This document shows positions 19,676 through 28,402 of a stretch of DNA of 64,000 bases, one piece after another. Origin of the DNA: an uncultured Clostridia bacterium (lineage in GTDB: Bacteria > Acidobacteriota > Aminicenantia > UBA2199); assembly GCA_964457225.1 (NCBI GenBank), contig CAYWEM010000001.1:317957-381956 (forward strand), given 5' to 3'. Numbering within the stretch: the first letter of the stretch is position 1; the number at the start of each line of letters is the position of its first letter. A program made the translations under genes and the position numbers. The notes under the pieces were generated by a model that saw only the letters and a list, made by a program, of their open reading frames with translations, searched no databases and was not told where the DNA came from.

Positions 19676-21661
19676 CTAAAAAGCCAGGTCAAGCTGGGCT
19701 GAAACCCGGGTTTCACTGCTGCTCATGCCGGACACGCTGTAATTTCGGTACTGGGCCCTGACTGAAAAGACCAATGATCCCAGGTTGACCAGGTGACCGA
19801 GGTGGAAATTCAGGGCGCCTGAAAGATCATAGGCATTGGTCACCGAAATGACCGACATGGCCATGCGGTTGTAGGAAGTGGCCAGGGCCAGGGAAAAAAC
19901 ACGAGGCACGAAAAACAGTTCAGCACTGAGGAAAAAATTCAGGCTGGTATCCAGCTCATCCGCCAGAATCGCCCTGGAATTTGACAAGCCGAGGTTCGGC
20001 GCCAGGTTCAACCATTCACCGACCCGCAGAAAACCTCCCAGGCTGAGGGTCCAGCCATCGCGATCCTGATCCGGAGCGACCACACTGGCCAGGGCTGAAT
20101 GGGTCAAGCTTAGACTCAGAGAAGCTGTACCGGAAAGACTCAGGTTCAGGGAAGCGCTGAATTCCCTGCCGGCCGTGTCCTGGAGCGCCGCCGGTTGTTC
20201 ATCAATGCAGGTTTCCTGCCGGTTGCCCCGCCAGCCGACAGTTAAAGAAGCCTGATTGGAAAGAGAAAGCACCAGGTTGATCTGGCCGTTTTCCATGGTT
20301 GTGGTCGACATCAGGGGGTCAGCACGGACATTGTCGCCCTGCCGGTTCAAAAGTCCCTGCAGGTTTATTTTCCCCAGGGAAATCATCAGGTTCCCTTCAA
20401 GAATGCTCCGGTCATTGGCCAGGTAGGCCAGGCCGATTGAATTGAAATCAGGTCCCACCCGCCGCCAACTGAATCCGGCGGCCGCCGGCCCCAGATTCAG
20501 ACCGGCCGCGATATTCCAGGCACTGTCAGGCTGAGCATCGTTTTTATCGTTCAAATCCGGATCGTAAACACTGCGAGCCAACTCAGCCTTTAAGGTCAGC
20601 CGGCCGCCGAAAAGCCGTCCTTCGTGAACCAGGGCGGCCACAGTGCCCCGGCGGCCCGGCACGGGAAAGGGAGTTACCAGGTTGACAGCCCTGGAAGGAT
20701 CATCCCGGCCGCTGACCAGGATCGCCCTGAAGTCAAGGGATTGATTCAGCAAACTGCAGCCGGCCAGGGCCCCAACCAGGTTCAAACCGGCAGCCGGCAG
20801 GCCGAACCCCCTGAATCCCCTTTGTTGCTGGGTGTTCATACTGAAGGCGTGGAACTGGAAATCAGGGCTCTCAAATCTATACTCGATACCGCGGCGCCCC
20901 AGGCCGAACACCGTGTAATCCGAAGTGTTAAGGTTCAAGTCGCCCATCCGCAGGAGGTGCCTGGCATAAGACAGGGACAGGGCCAGGCCGGCCAGGTTCA
21001 GGGTCGGTTCTTCCTCCGGCGGATTGTTGTTCAGGACCAGGTTGCCGTCGATTTTAAAATCCCAGTTTTCAACCCGAGGTAAATGCAATCCTATTTGCAG
21101 GTTGGCGGCCAGACCCGGTTCGCGGAGATCAGGGTTTTCTCCTTCAGGGTGAACCTGCTTGAGCAGGCTGGCACTGCCGTGCGGACTGAAGCGCAGACGG
21201 GATTCCTCGCTTCGGGGAGTGGGCAGGTCCCCCGGGATTTCCGGCAGGTCTGATGCAAGGTCAGCTCTGACCAGCGCCGGACCGTCGGCCGGCAGAACTG
21301 TTTTACCGTCCTGTCCTTCCGCTTCCAGGTAATACTCGAATGAATCGCCGGCCAGAATCGAACTGTCAAGTTCGAAAGAAAAGGCGCCGCTGTTGATACT
21401 GCTCATCGGTCGCGCCTGGAACAAATCCCGTCCGCTCACCCGGAAATACAAATTAACCCGTTCCGCCCCGGCCAGGGCGGAAAAGACTATTTTCGCCCCC
21501 GGGGTGAAGGTCTTCATCACTTCATGTTGCAAACCCGGCGGCGCGGCCGGCAAGATGAGCGGCAAAAACACAAGCAATAAAACCAAGCTGGTCAAGACTG
21601 GTACGGCTTTTTCCCCAACACCCTTTTCCACTTCACCCCAAACTCCCCTGACTGCAAACAT
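19676..21661 (-). CDS. putative outer-membrane beta-barrel protein with an N-terminal Ig-like domain
   Basis: Signal-like segment, ...FEYYLEAEG Ig-like module, Pro-rich linker, long alternating amphipathic strands, C-terminal ...QLDLAF. Confidence 0.65.
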   Translation of the reverse strand: MFAVRGVWGEVEKGVGEKAVPVLTSLVLLLVFLPLILPAAPPGLQHEVMKTFTPGAKIVFSALAGAERVNLYFRVSGRDLFQARPMSSINSGAFSFELDSSILAGDSFEYYLEAEGQDGKTVLPADGPALVRADLASDLPEIPGDLPTPRSEESRLRFSPHGSASLLKQVHPEGENPDLREPGLAANLQIGLHLPRVENWDFKIDGNLVLNNNPPEEEPTLNLAGLALSLSYARHLLRMGDLNLNTSDYTVFGLGRRGIEYRFESPDFQFHAFSMNTQQQRGFRGFGLPAAGLNLVGALAGCSLLNQSLDFRAILVSGRDDPSRAVNLVTPFPVPGRRGTVAALVHEGRLFGGRLTLKAELARSVYDPDLNDKNDAQPDSAWNIAAGLNLGPAAAGFSWRRVGPDFNSIGLAYLANDRSILEGNLMISLGKINLQGLLNRQGDNVRADPLMSTTTMENGQINLVLSLSNQASLTVGWRGNRQETCIDEQPAALQDTAGREFSASLNLSLSGTASLSLSLTHSALASVVAPDQDRDGWTLSLGGFLRVGEWLNLAPNLGLSNSRAILADELDTSLNFFLSAELFFVPRVFSLALATSYNRMAMSVISVTNAYDLSGALNFHLGHLVNLGSLVFSVRAQYRNYSVSGMSSSETRVSAQLDLAF

Positions 21662-21823
21662 GGCCTTCCTCGAGGAAATTTGTTTTTTTTTAACTGGGGG
21701 CATGATAGTCCCGTCAATTATTCATTGTCAAGCAAAAATGCTTTGTTTTTTTTTATTATTATTTTATAATAATTTCGATTTTTGATTGTTCAGTGACCAG
21801 ACAACAAGCAGGGAGATGAACGA

Positions 21824-22561
21824 ATGCGCCTGATCGAGAACGAAGAATTGCGCCGGGAAATACTGGATGCCTATTTCGAATACTTCAGGGCTTATTCCGA
21901 ACGTGACTGGCCGAAGATGACCGCCAGGTTCGCCAAGGACATGACCATGATCGGCACCGGGATCGACGAACTGACCCTTGACGGTCAGACTACCCGGGAA
22001 CTGTTTAAACGGGAATTCACCCAGGCCCCGACCCCGATGACCTATAACATCAAGCAGATGGAGGTTTTTTCCCTGGCTCCGGAAGCGGCCCTGATAGTAA
22101 TCCTGATGGACATGACCTTTCAGACCCCGGAAACCCCGGTACTCAGTGAGAACAACCGCACCACGGCGATCATGATCAAAGAAGGCGGTTCATGGAAAAT
22201 CGCCCACGGCCACTGGTCCCAGCCCGATGCCGACCAGGACGTGGGTGAAAGCGTCCCCAACCGGCTCCTGCAGGAAAAGAACCGGCGCCTGGAAGAACTG
22301 GTGGCCAGGCGCACCGAAGAGCTCAGGAAGAGCAATTCGGAACTGGCCGAGGCCCTGGCCAAGGTGAAAACCCTGAAAGGCATCCTGCCGATCTGCGCCC
22401 ATTGCAAGAACGTCCGCCATGACGCCGGTTACTGGACTCAGATTGAACATTACATCAGCGAATACACGGATACTTTTTTTTCCCATTCAATCTGCCCGGA
22501 ATGCCTGGACAAGCACTACTCTGATTTGCAGAACGACTCTGTCCAGGACCCGGAAAAGTAA
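21824..22561 (+). CDS. NTF2/SnoaL-like domain fused to a coiled coil and a CxxC-CxxC C-terminal domain
   Basis: N-terminus ...MIGTGIDE...RTTAIMIKEGGSWKIAHGHWSQP; C-terminus LKGILPICAHCKNVR...YW...FSHSICPEC. Confidence 0.8.
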   Translation: MRLIENEELRREILDAYFEYFRAYSERDWPKMTARFAKDMTMIGTGIDELTLDGQTTRELFKREFTQAPTPMTYNIKQMEVFSLAPEAALIVILMDMTFQTPETPVLSENNRTTAIMIKEGGSWKIAHGHWSQPDADQDVGESVPNRLLQEKNRRLEELVARRTEELRKSNSELAEALAKVKTLKGILPICAHCKNVRHDAGYWTQIEHYISEYTDTFFSHSICPECLDKHYSDLQNDSVQDPEK

Positions 22562-22653
22562 GCATTACAGGCGCTTTCCCACCGCAACCGACAGCGCTTG
22601 ATTTCCGGCAGTACCTTTTTCAACTCAGAACTTGAATCAACCGGCTGAAAAAG

Positions 22654-24225
22654 TCAATCATTGCTCAGCAGCAGGAATGAACTGCGCCGGCCGTCATCAG
22701 CCTCAAAACACACCCGGTAATCGTACTTGACTCCCTTGACCAGGTCGCGGTCATCGTAGCGTTTCAATTCAGAAGCAATCGCGGCCAGAAAGCTGAATTC
22801 GCCGGCCTGGTCCTGGCGGCGGCGCTCGATTACGATCCTTCCCGAAACACCGGCATTGCGTTCATCCGGAACCCAGGTCAGCAGGTTTACCGGCAGGCTG
22901 TAAAAGAGGTAATCGTCTTCCAGGCGGGTCAACCTGAGTCCGGACGGCGGGAAAAGGCTGGCCGAATCGGGTCGCGGAGCCAGGGAACCGTCTCCGATCA
23001 TGACCATGCCGTACCACCACTGCGGAGCCAGCTGTGGATAGGTTCGGCAAGCCAGGTTCAGCCATTCTTTAAAAGCAGTTCCAAAAGTACTGCCTCCGGC
23101 CAGTTCCTGCCAGAAAAGGGTCTCATGCCACATGCCGCCTGTTTTACTTGAGCCCCAGGCCAGCAGTCCGGCAGCCGGGTTCAGGGCGGCCACCGAGGCC
23201 AGGTTGTCGCTGGCCGTGAAATCACTGCCGGAACAGACGAAAAAAGAGTAGAAAAGAGCCGGAGGCAGCAGCATCAGGTAGTCGACCGGCCTGACGTATT
23301 CAAAAATGCTTTGGTTGCTGCGGTAATAACCGTGGCCGGCCGGGGAACCATGGGATCGGGTCAGTATGTATTCCTGGTCGGCCGGCATCCGGACCTTGCG
23401 GTAATCATCGGCGGTGGTTTTTTCCGGATCCGCTTCGGCCGTTACGCCTGAATTTCCCAGGACCAGGGCCAGGTTGTCCCGATCCTGGCCGGCCATGGTC
23501 TGCCAGTCGTCGTCGATGTATGCCAGTCCGTGAAAACGGGGGCGGATATCGGCAAGATAAGCCCTGACCTTTTCCCAGTAGGCGGTCATGATTTCTTCCT
23601 CGGAGCCGAGCATGGGCAGGTTGTCGGCCCGCAGCCGGGACACCCAGATTTCGGCATCCAGATCGCCGGCGCGCCGGTCGTAGATACCGTCATTGTCATC
23701 ATCCAGCCATTCGCCGTCCAGGTCCATCAGGTACAGGTCACTGGGAAAGGTTTCACTTGAGCCCCAGCCTGAATCACGGTAAAGAGCATAGGGCAGGTTG
23801 CCGATCAGCACCGCACCGCGCAGGCCTTCGGGTTCCCGGTACAATCCGGCCAGGAATTCCCTGAGATCAGGGGCCGTTCCCCCGGCATAGATACTCAGCA
23901 ATGCCGTTTTCCCCCCGGCGGCCAGGTCGGCCAGACGTTGCTGAAGGCTTTCCTGGATCGGCTGGAAGATGCTCTGGTGCACGATAAAGACCACCCTGGG
24001 CTCGCTCTGCCGCCCAGCGACTGACCCGGCGCGACCCGAACCGAATTGCAGGACCCGGAAAATCCGGGCCGGACCGGTGAACTCCGGGAGCCGGTGCTCC
24101 GGCCTGGACAGCCCGAGAGGATGGAACCAGCGCGAGGGCTGTGGTTCCTCATCGGCGGGCAACAGCCCTGAAAGAAAGAAAACCGAAATTATCACAGCTT
24201 TAAGCAAGACAATTCCCCTGTTCAT
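22654..24225 (-). CDS. peptidase C25 (gingipain-like) protein with a C-terminal FN3-like domain
   Basis: GAVLIG, SDLYLMDLDGEW.DDDNDGIYD, EIWVSRL, His-Gly (SHGS) and Cys (FVCS) dyad positions; signal peptide. Confidence 0.7.
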   Translation of the reverse strand: MNRGIVLLKAVIISVFFLSGLLPADEEPQPSRWFHPLGLSRPEHRLPEFTGPARIFRVLQFGSGRAGSVAGRQSEPRVVFIVHQSIFQPIQESLQQRLADLAAGGKTALLSIYAGGTAPDLREFLAGLYREPEGLRGAVLIGNLPYALYRDSGWGSSETFPSDLYLMDLDGEWLDDDNDGIYDRRAGDLDAEIWVSRLRADNLPMLGSEEEIMTAYWEKVRAYLADIRPRFHGLAYIDDDWQTMAGQDRDNLALVLGNSGVTAEADPEKTTADDYRKVRMPADQEYILTRSHGSPAGHGYYRSNQSIFEYVRPVDYLMLLPPALFYSFFVCSGSDFTASDNLASVAALNPAAGLLAWGSSKTGGMWHETLFWQELAGGSTFGTAFKEWLNLACRTYPQLAPQWWYGMVMIGDGSLAPRPDSASLFPPSGLRLTRLEDDYLFYSLPVNLLTWVPDERNAGVSGRIVIERRRQDQAGEFSFLAAIASELKRYDDRDLVKGVKYDYRVCFEADDGRRSSFLLLSND

Positions 24226-24261
24226 TCAGCCTCCAGGAAAACCATGTTTTTTCCGGGCATC

Positions 24262-26853
24262 TCAAGGCAACAGCACGTTGAACAGCAGTTTAAAAGTGGC
24301 ATGAGTCTGGCTGCGATGCTGAACCGGGAAACCCATCAATACTATGCGGCCGCGGCCGTAATCCGCCTCAACGAGTGCGCCGCGCCCGGCCAGGTGTTCC
24401 TCCCCGACCAAACGGCCGCTCTGCAGAAGTTCGCGCCCGGCATAACGCACCACGGTGCGGTAACGTTCGTTGAAGGCGCCGGGCATGATTTCAAAGGCGG
24501 CACCGTTCCAGAACAGTAAAAGGCCTTCTGCCGGCATACCCCAGGCCAGCGGCTGAGTCTGGTCGAAAACAGCCCTGACGGTTGACCCGGGACAGAAGAA
24601 GTCGCCGGCATTCAAACCGGCCAGGGCGTTTCTGACCTGCAGTCCGAACTGGTCGGCCACGAAACTCCAGGAACGCCCCAGGGCGACCAGGGTGCCCCCG
24701 TTTTCCACGAAAGATCGCAGACCGGCCACCCCTTCACGGCCGAGACCGCTGCGGTACTCGGGGGGGTGGTTATGCCTCCTCGGACCAGCCTCGGCCCCAA
24801 GTTGACCCAGTAAAACGTTTTCCGAGTCACTGGGCAGAATGATCAGGTCGAAATTGTTGTTAAGCCTGCCCCTGCGTATCTCGGCATCCATGACCGTGCT
24901 GAAGGGAAAAGAGAAGTTCTCCAGCAGCAGCCTGGTCCATCCCTCATCCATGTTGCCGCCCAAATAGCGCTGGTAAAGGCCGATGCGGGTTTTTTTCAGC
25001 GGTTTGAGTTCCGCCCCGGAAACAGGTTCTGCCTCAAGGAAATCAACCCCGGTCAATTCCGCCGTTTGCTTCAGCACTTCGTCTTCCCCTCCGGAAACGA
25101 TGAAATCCCCGGCCCGCCAGTCAGCCTGCGCGGACCGCACCCGGCTGATCCTGATCCCGGCGGCCAGCAGGAGGTTAGCCGCCCGAAAACTGTCGTTCAA
25201 ACGGCCGTCCAGGCGATAAGAACGCCGTCCCGGCTGGAAAAAAGGCCTGGGAGAAGTTGCTTCCTGCAAGACCAGGAAATCGCCCGCCGGAACTTCATCG
25301 AGTTCATCAACCCGCACACCCATGAATTCGTGCATGGTGTGGGTGGCCGAGTCATAAGGTCTGAGGGGCAGACCATTCCGGTCGGTGGTCCATTCGTTGT
25401 CAGGGTACAGGGTGCGTCCCAGCAGGTTTCTGATCAGGCCCAGCTTGGGCTGGGCGGCAAAAACCACGAAAGCTCCCGGCTCATAGTTGACTCCGGTGAC
25501 TGAAAAACCGGACTCGGCACGTTGAATTTCTATTCCCGAAGCCAGCAGGTTGTTTATCATCTTCAGGGCGGTCAGCCGGTCATGCTGTGCAGTCGGAATC
25601 ACGTAAGCCAGAGGTTTTTCTACCCGGCCGCGTTCGATCTGGCGGGAGGCCTTGAGATAAGCGTTGCGCAGAACGGTTTCGCGGTTGCGGGCCGCCGCGT
25701 CCAGCAGAGCCCAGGCCGAAATTTTCTTCTGCTCGACTATGTCGCGCAACTTCCACCAGCCTCCCGGCCAGGGATTGGGGAAAGTGGATTGAGCTTCGTA
25801 TCGTGGAAACTGCCGGGCTCCGGCCCGTAATTGCTCGGGATGAACGTACAGGGGAGTGGCCAGCCTGGCTGAAGCCGATTCAGTAAGCATGCCGGCTATG
25901 TTGTGAAAGGGAGTTATCCAGTGCCAGCCGAAATGCCCCCAGCCCGGGAACTGGGCGGCGTTCAGGACCCCGGTTTTTCCAGCTTCCTCGAGTTTATAGG
26001 CAATATGGGCGCCGTACCAGGCTATCTCTCTCCAGATCAGGGGATCGGCATGAGGCCGGATCGGTTCGGAATAAGGCGGGACGTAGAAACGGGCCCCGTA
26101 ACCTCCCATGTGATGGTGATCCACATAAGCCTGGGGCCTCCAGTCTCGGTACAGGACCCGGGCCGCGTATTTCGATTCCACCAGGTTGAGATGGTCTCCG
26201 TCCCGGTTGTTGTCATGCCCGGCGTACTTGTGATAGAGCCAGGGCGGGTCACTGCCTTCATACTCACCACCCAGGGTCCGCCGGTACCAGTCCGTGACCA
26301 TGATCTGACCGTCGGGATTGAAGCTGGGAATCATCAGGAATATGACTTCATCCAGAATACGCCCGGCTTCTTCGTCCCGGCGGTTCAGCAGGTCGAAGGC
26401 CAGTTCCGGTGCCATTTGAGTCCCCCCGATTTCCGTGGCGTGCAGGCTCATCGACTGGCAGATCACCGCCCGGCCAAGTCCCACCAGCCGCTCCAATTCT
26501 TCAGCGGCCAGGCCCCGGGGGTCACTGATCCGTGCATTGATCAGGCGCAGTTCTTCCAGCCGTTCCAGGTTGGCCGGAGCCGTTATTATCACCAGCAGAA
26601 ATGGATTTCCCATGGTTGAAGGTCCGAGGTCGATCACTTTCAAAGCCGGACTTTGCTTTTCCAGCAGGTAAAAGTACTCGACTATCCTGTCCCAGCGGGC
26701 AATTTTTCGGTCGTCGCCCAGCCGGAAACCGAAAAAATCTTCCGGGGAAAGGATCGTATTCTCAGCGGCCGGCAAAAAAGCGGCTGCGAACAAAAAGACA
26801 GTCAGGATCAACCAGGCGCCTGCGCCTCGTTTTTTCAGTTTTTCTGATGGCAT
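24262..26853 (-). CDS. M14 zinc carboxypeptidase with a C-terminal GATase-like domain
   Basis: SLHATE (HxxE), PSFNPDG, DNNRD, DHHHMG; signal peptide. Confidence 0.88.
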   Translation of the reverse strand: MPSEKLKKRGAGAWLILTVFLFAAAFLPAAENTILSPEDFFGFRLGDDRKIARWDRIVEYFYLLEKQSPALKVIDLGPSTMGNPFLLVIITAPANLERLEELRLINARISDPRGLAAEELERLVGLGRAVICQSMSLHATEIGGTQMAPELAFDLLNRRDEEAGRILDEVIFLMIPSFNPDGQIMVTDWYRRTLGGEYEGSDPPWLYHKYAGHDNNRDGDHLNLVESKYAARVLYRDWRPQAYVDHHHMGGYGARFYVPPYSEPIRPHADPLIWREIAWYGAHIAYKLEEAGKTGVLNAAQFPGWGHFGWHWITPFHNIAGMLTESASARLATPLYVHPEQLRAGARQFPRYEAQSTFPNPWPGGWWKLRDIVEQKKISAWALLDAAARNRETVLRNAYLKASRQIERGRVEKPLAYVIPTAQHDRLTALKMINNLLASGIEIQRAESGFSVTGVNYEPGAFVVFAAQPKLGLIRNLLGRTLYPDNEWTTDRNGLPLRPYDSATHTMHEFMGVRVDELDEVPAGDFLVLQEATSPRPFFQPGRRSYRLDGRLNDSFRAANLLLAAGIRISRVRSAQADWRAGDFIVSGGEDEVLKQTAELTGVDFLEAEPVSGAELKPLKKTRIGLYQRYLGGNMDEGWTRLLLENFSFPFSTVMDAEIRRGRLNNNFDLIILPSDSENVLLGQLGAEAGPRRHNHPPEYRSGLGREGVAGLRSFVENGGTLVALGRSWSFVADQFGLQVRNALAGLNAGDFFCPGSTVRAVFDQTQPLAWGMPAEGLLLFWNGAAFEIMPGAFNERYRTVVRYAGRELLQSGRLVGEEHLAGRGALVEADYGRGRIVLMGFPVQHRSQTHATFKLLFNVLLP

Positions 26854-27003
26854 GATCAGCCTCCGGGCATTTGGAAAAAAAAATTATACCCCATGCGAAA
26901 AAAAAATGCCCGGTTTCGGGAACCGAAACTGATATTTCAGCGTATAATGCAATGTATGAAGAGACCTGCCCGGATCGACAACAATTCAATCAAAGGAGCA
27001 TTC

Positions 27004-28311
27004 ATGTCAAAAAAGAATCCTTTCAACCGCCGCCTGTTTCTGAAAGGCTCGGTGGCCGGCCTGGCCGCCCTGGGCCTGCGCGCCGCCCCACTGGCCGCCG
27101 GCCGGGAAGAGCAGCAGGAAAATCCGCCTCCGGCCATCAAGTCGTTTCGCACCCTGGGCCGCACCGGCTTCAAAGTGTCAGACATCAGCAGCGGTACTTT
27201 CGGCAACCCGATGATTCTTGAAGCCCTGCTCGACGCCGGTGTCAATTACATCGACACGGCCGAGAGTTACGGAAACCAGAAGAGCATCGGCACTGTGCTG
27301 GCCAAGCTGGACCGTAAAAAGATATTCATCACCAGCAAGATGATCATGGAAAACGACATCAGCCGGGAAGGGCTGCTGAACCGGGCCAGGAAATGCCTGG
27401 AGGAACTACAGACCGATTACCTGGACTGCATGATGGTGCACAGCCCGGAAAGCCTTGAAATCATGCGTACTCCGACTTTCTTCGAGGCCATGGACCAGCT
27501 CAGGCGGGAAGGCCGGGTAAAGTACCTTGGAGTTTCCCATCACGGTTCCAACTGGCTTAGAGATGAAAAAGTCAGCATGGAAACCATGTTGCTGGCCGCG
27601 GTCGAGGACGGCCGCTTCGATGTTTTCCTGCTGGCCTACAATTTCCTGCAGATGGACATGGGTGACAAGGTGCTGGCCGCCTGCCGTGAAAAAGGAGTCG
27701 GAACCACCCTGATGAAGGTCAACCCGGTCGGCAATTACCTGGGCATCAAAACCAGGATCGAACAGTGGCGGGAAGAAGGGCGTGACATTCATCCTCTCTA
27801 TATCGAGGGGCTCGAACGCTACTCGGAAAAAGCCCGCCTGGCCGAACCTTTCATCGATAAATACAATCTTAAAAAACCGGAAGAAATCCGCGCCGCGGCC
27901 GTACGTTTCTGCCTGGCCAACCCGGATGTCAACACGGTCTGCCTGAGCATCCGCAATTTCGCCGACATGGAACAGATGCTGGCCCTCTCGGGTTCAGTTC
28001 CGGCGGAAAGAGATGAAATCCTGCTCGGCGCCTTTCAGGAAGGCTGCGGCCAGCTTTACTGCCGGCATGCCTGCAATACCTGCGAAGCCTATTGTCCGCA
28101 ACAGGTTCCGGTAAACCGCATTTTACGCTACAACCACTACTTTGAAGCCCAGGGCCGGGAAAAATTCGCCATGAGCAAATACGCCCGGCTGAAAAACCAC
28201 AACGCATCAGCCTGCCTGCAGTGCAGCGGAGTCTGTGAAAAGCACTGCCCGCACCAGCTGCCGGTCCAGGGCATGTTGAGCACCGCTCACCTGCGTCTTT
28301 CCCTGGCTTAG
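27004..28311 (+). CDS. Tat-signal aldo/keto reductase with a C-terminal 2x[4Fe-4S] domain
   Basis: NRRLFLK twin-Arg; RTLGRTG, IDTAESY, FITSK, MVHS; C-terminal Cys clusters. ATG 27004 after AAGGAG. Confidence 0.87.
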   Translation: MSKKNPFNRRLFLKGSVAGLAALGLRAAPLAAGREEQQENPPPAIKSFRTLGRTGFKVSDISSGTFGNPMILEALLDAGVNYIDTAESYGNQKSIGTVLAKLDRKKIFITSKMIMENDISREGLLNRARKCLEELQTDYLDCMMVHSPESLEIMRTPTFFEAMDQLRREGRVKYLGVSHHGSNWLRDEKVSMETMLLAAVEDGRFDVFLLAYNFLQMDMGDKVLAACREKGVGTTLMKVNPVGNYLGIKTRIEQWREEGRDIHPLYIEGLERYSEKARLAEPFIDKYNLKKPEEIRAAAVRFCLANPDVNTVCLSIRNFADMEQMLALSGSVPAERDEILLGAFQEGCGQLYCRHACNTCEAYCPQQVPVNRILRYNHYFEAQGREKFAMSKYARLKNHNASACLQCSGVCEKHCPHQLPVQGMLSTAHLRLSLA

Positions 28312-28328
28312 TTGATATCCTATCCGGG

Positions 28329-28364
28329 CCGGTTCTCCGTACTCCTGGGAACCGGTCCTTTTTC
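28329..28364 (+). terminator. intrinsic terminator after the AKR gene
   Basis: CCGGTTC.CC...GG.AACCGG stem followed by TCCTTTTTC. Confidence 0.55.
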
Positions 28365-28402
28365 TGTTGAAAAAATACTGGTTTATTGCTATATAATTTC
28401 CC

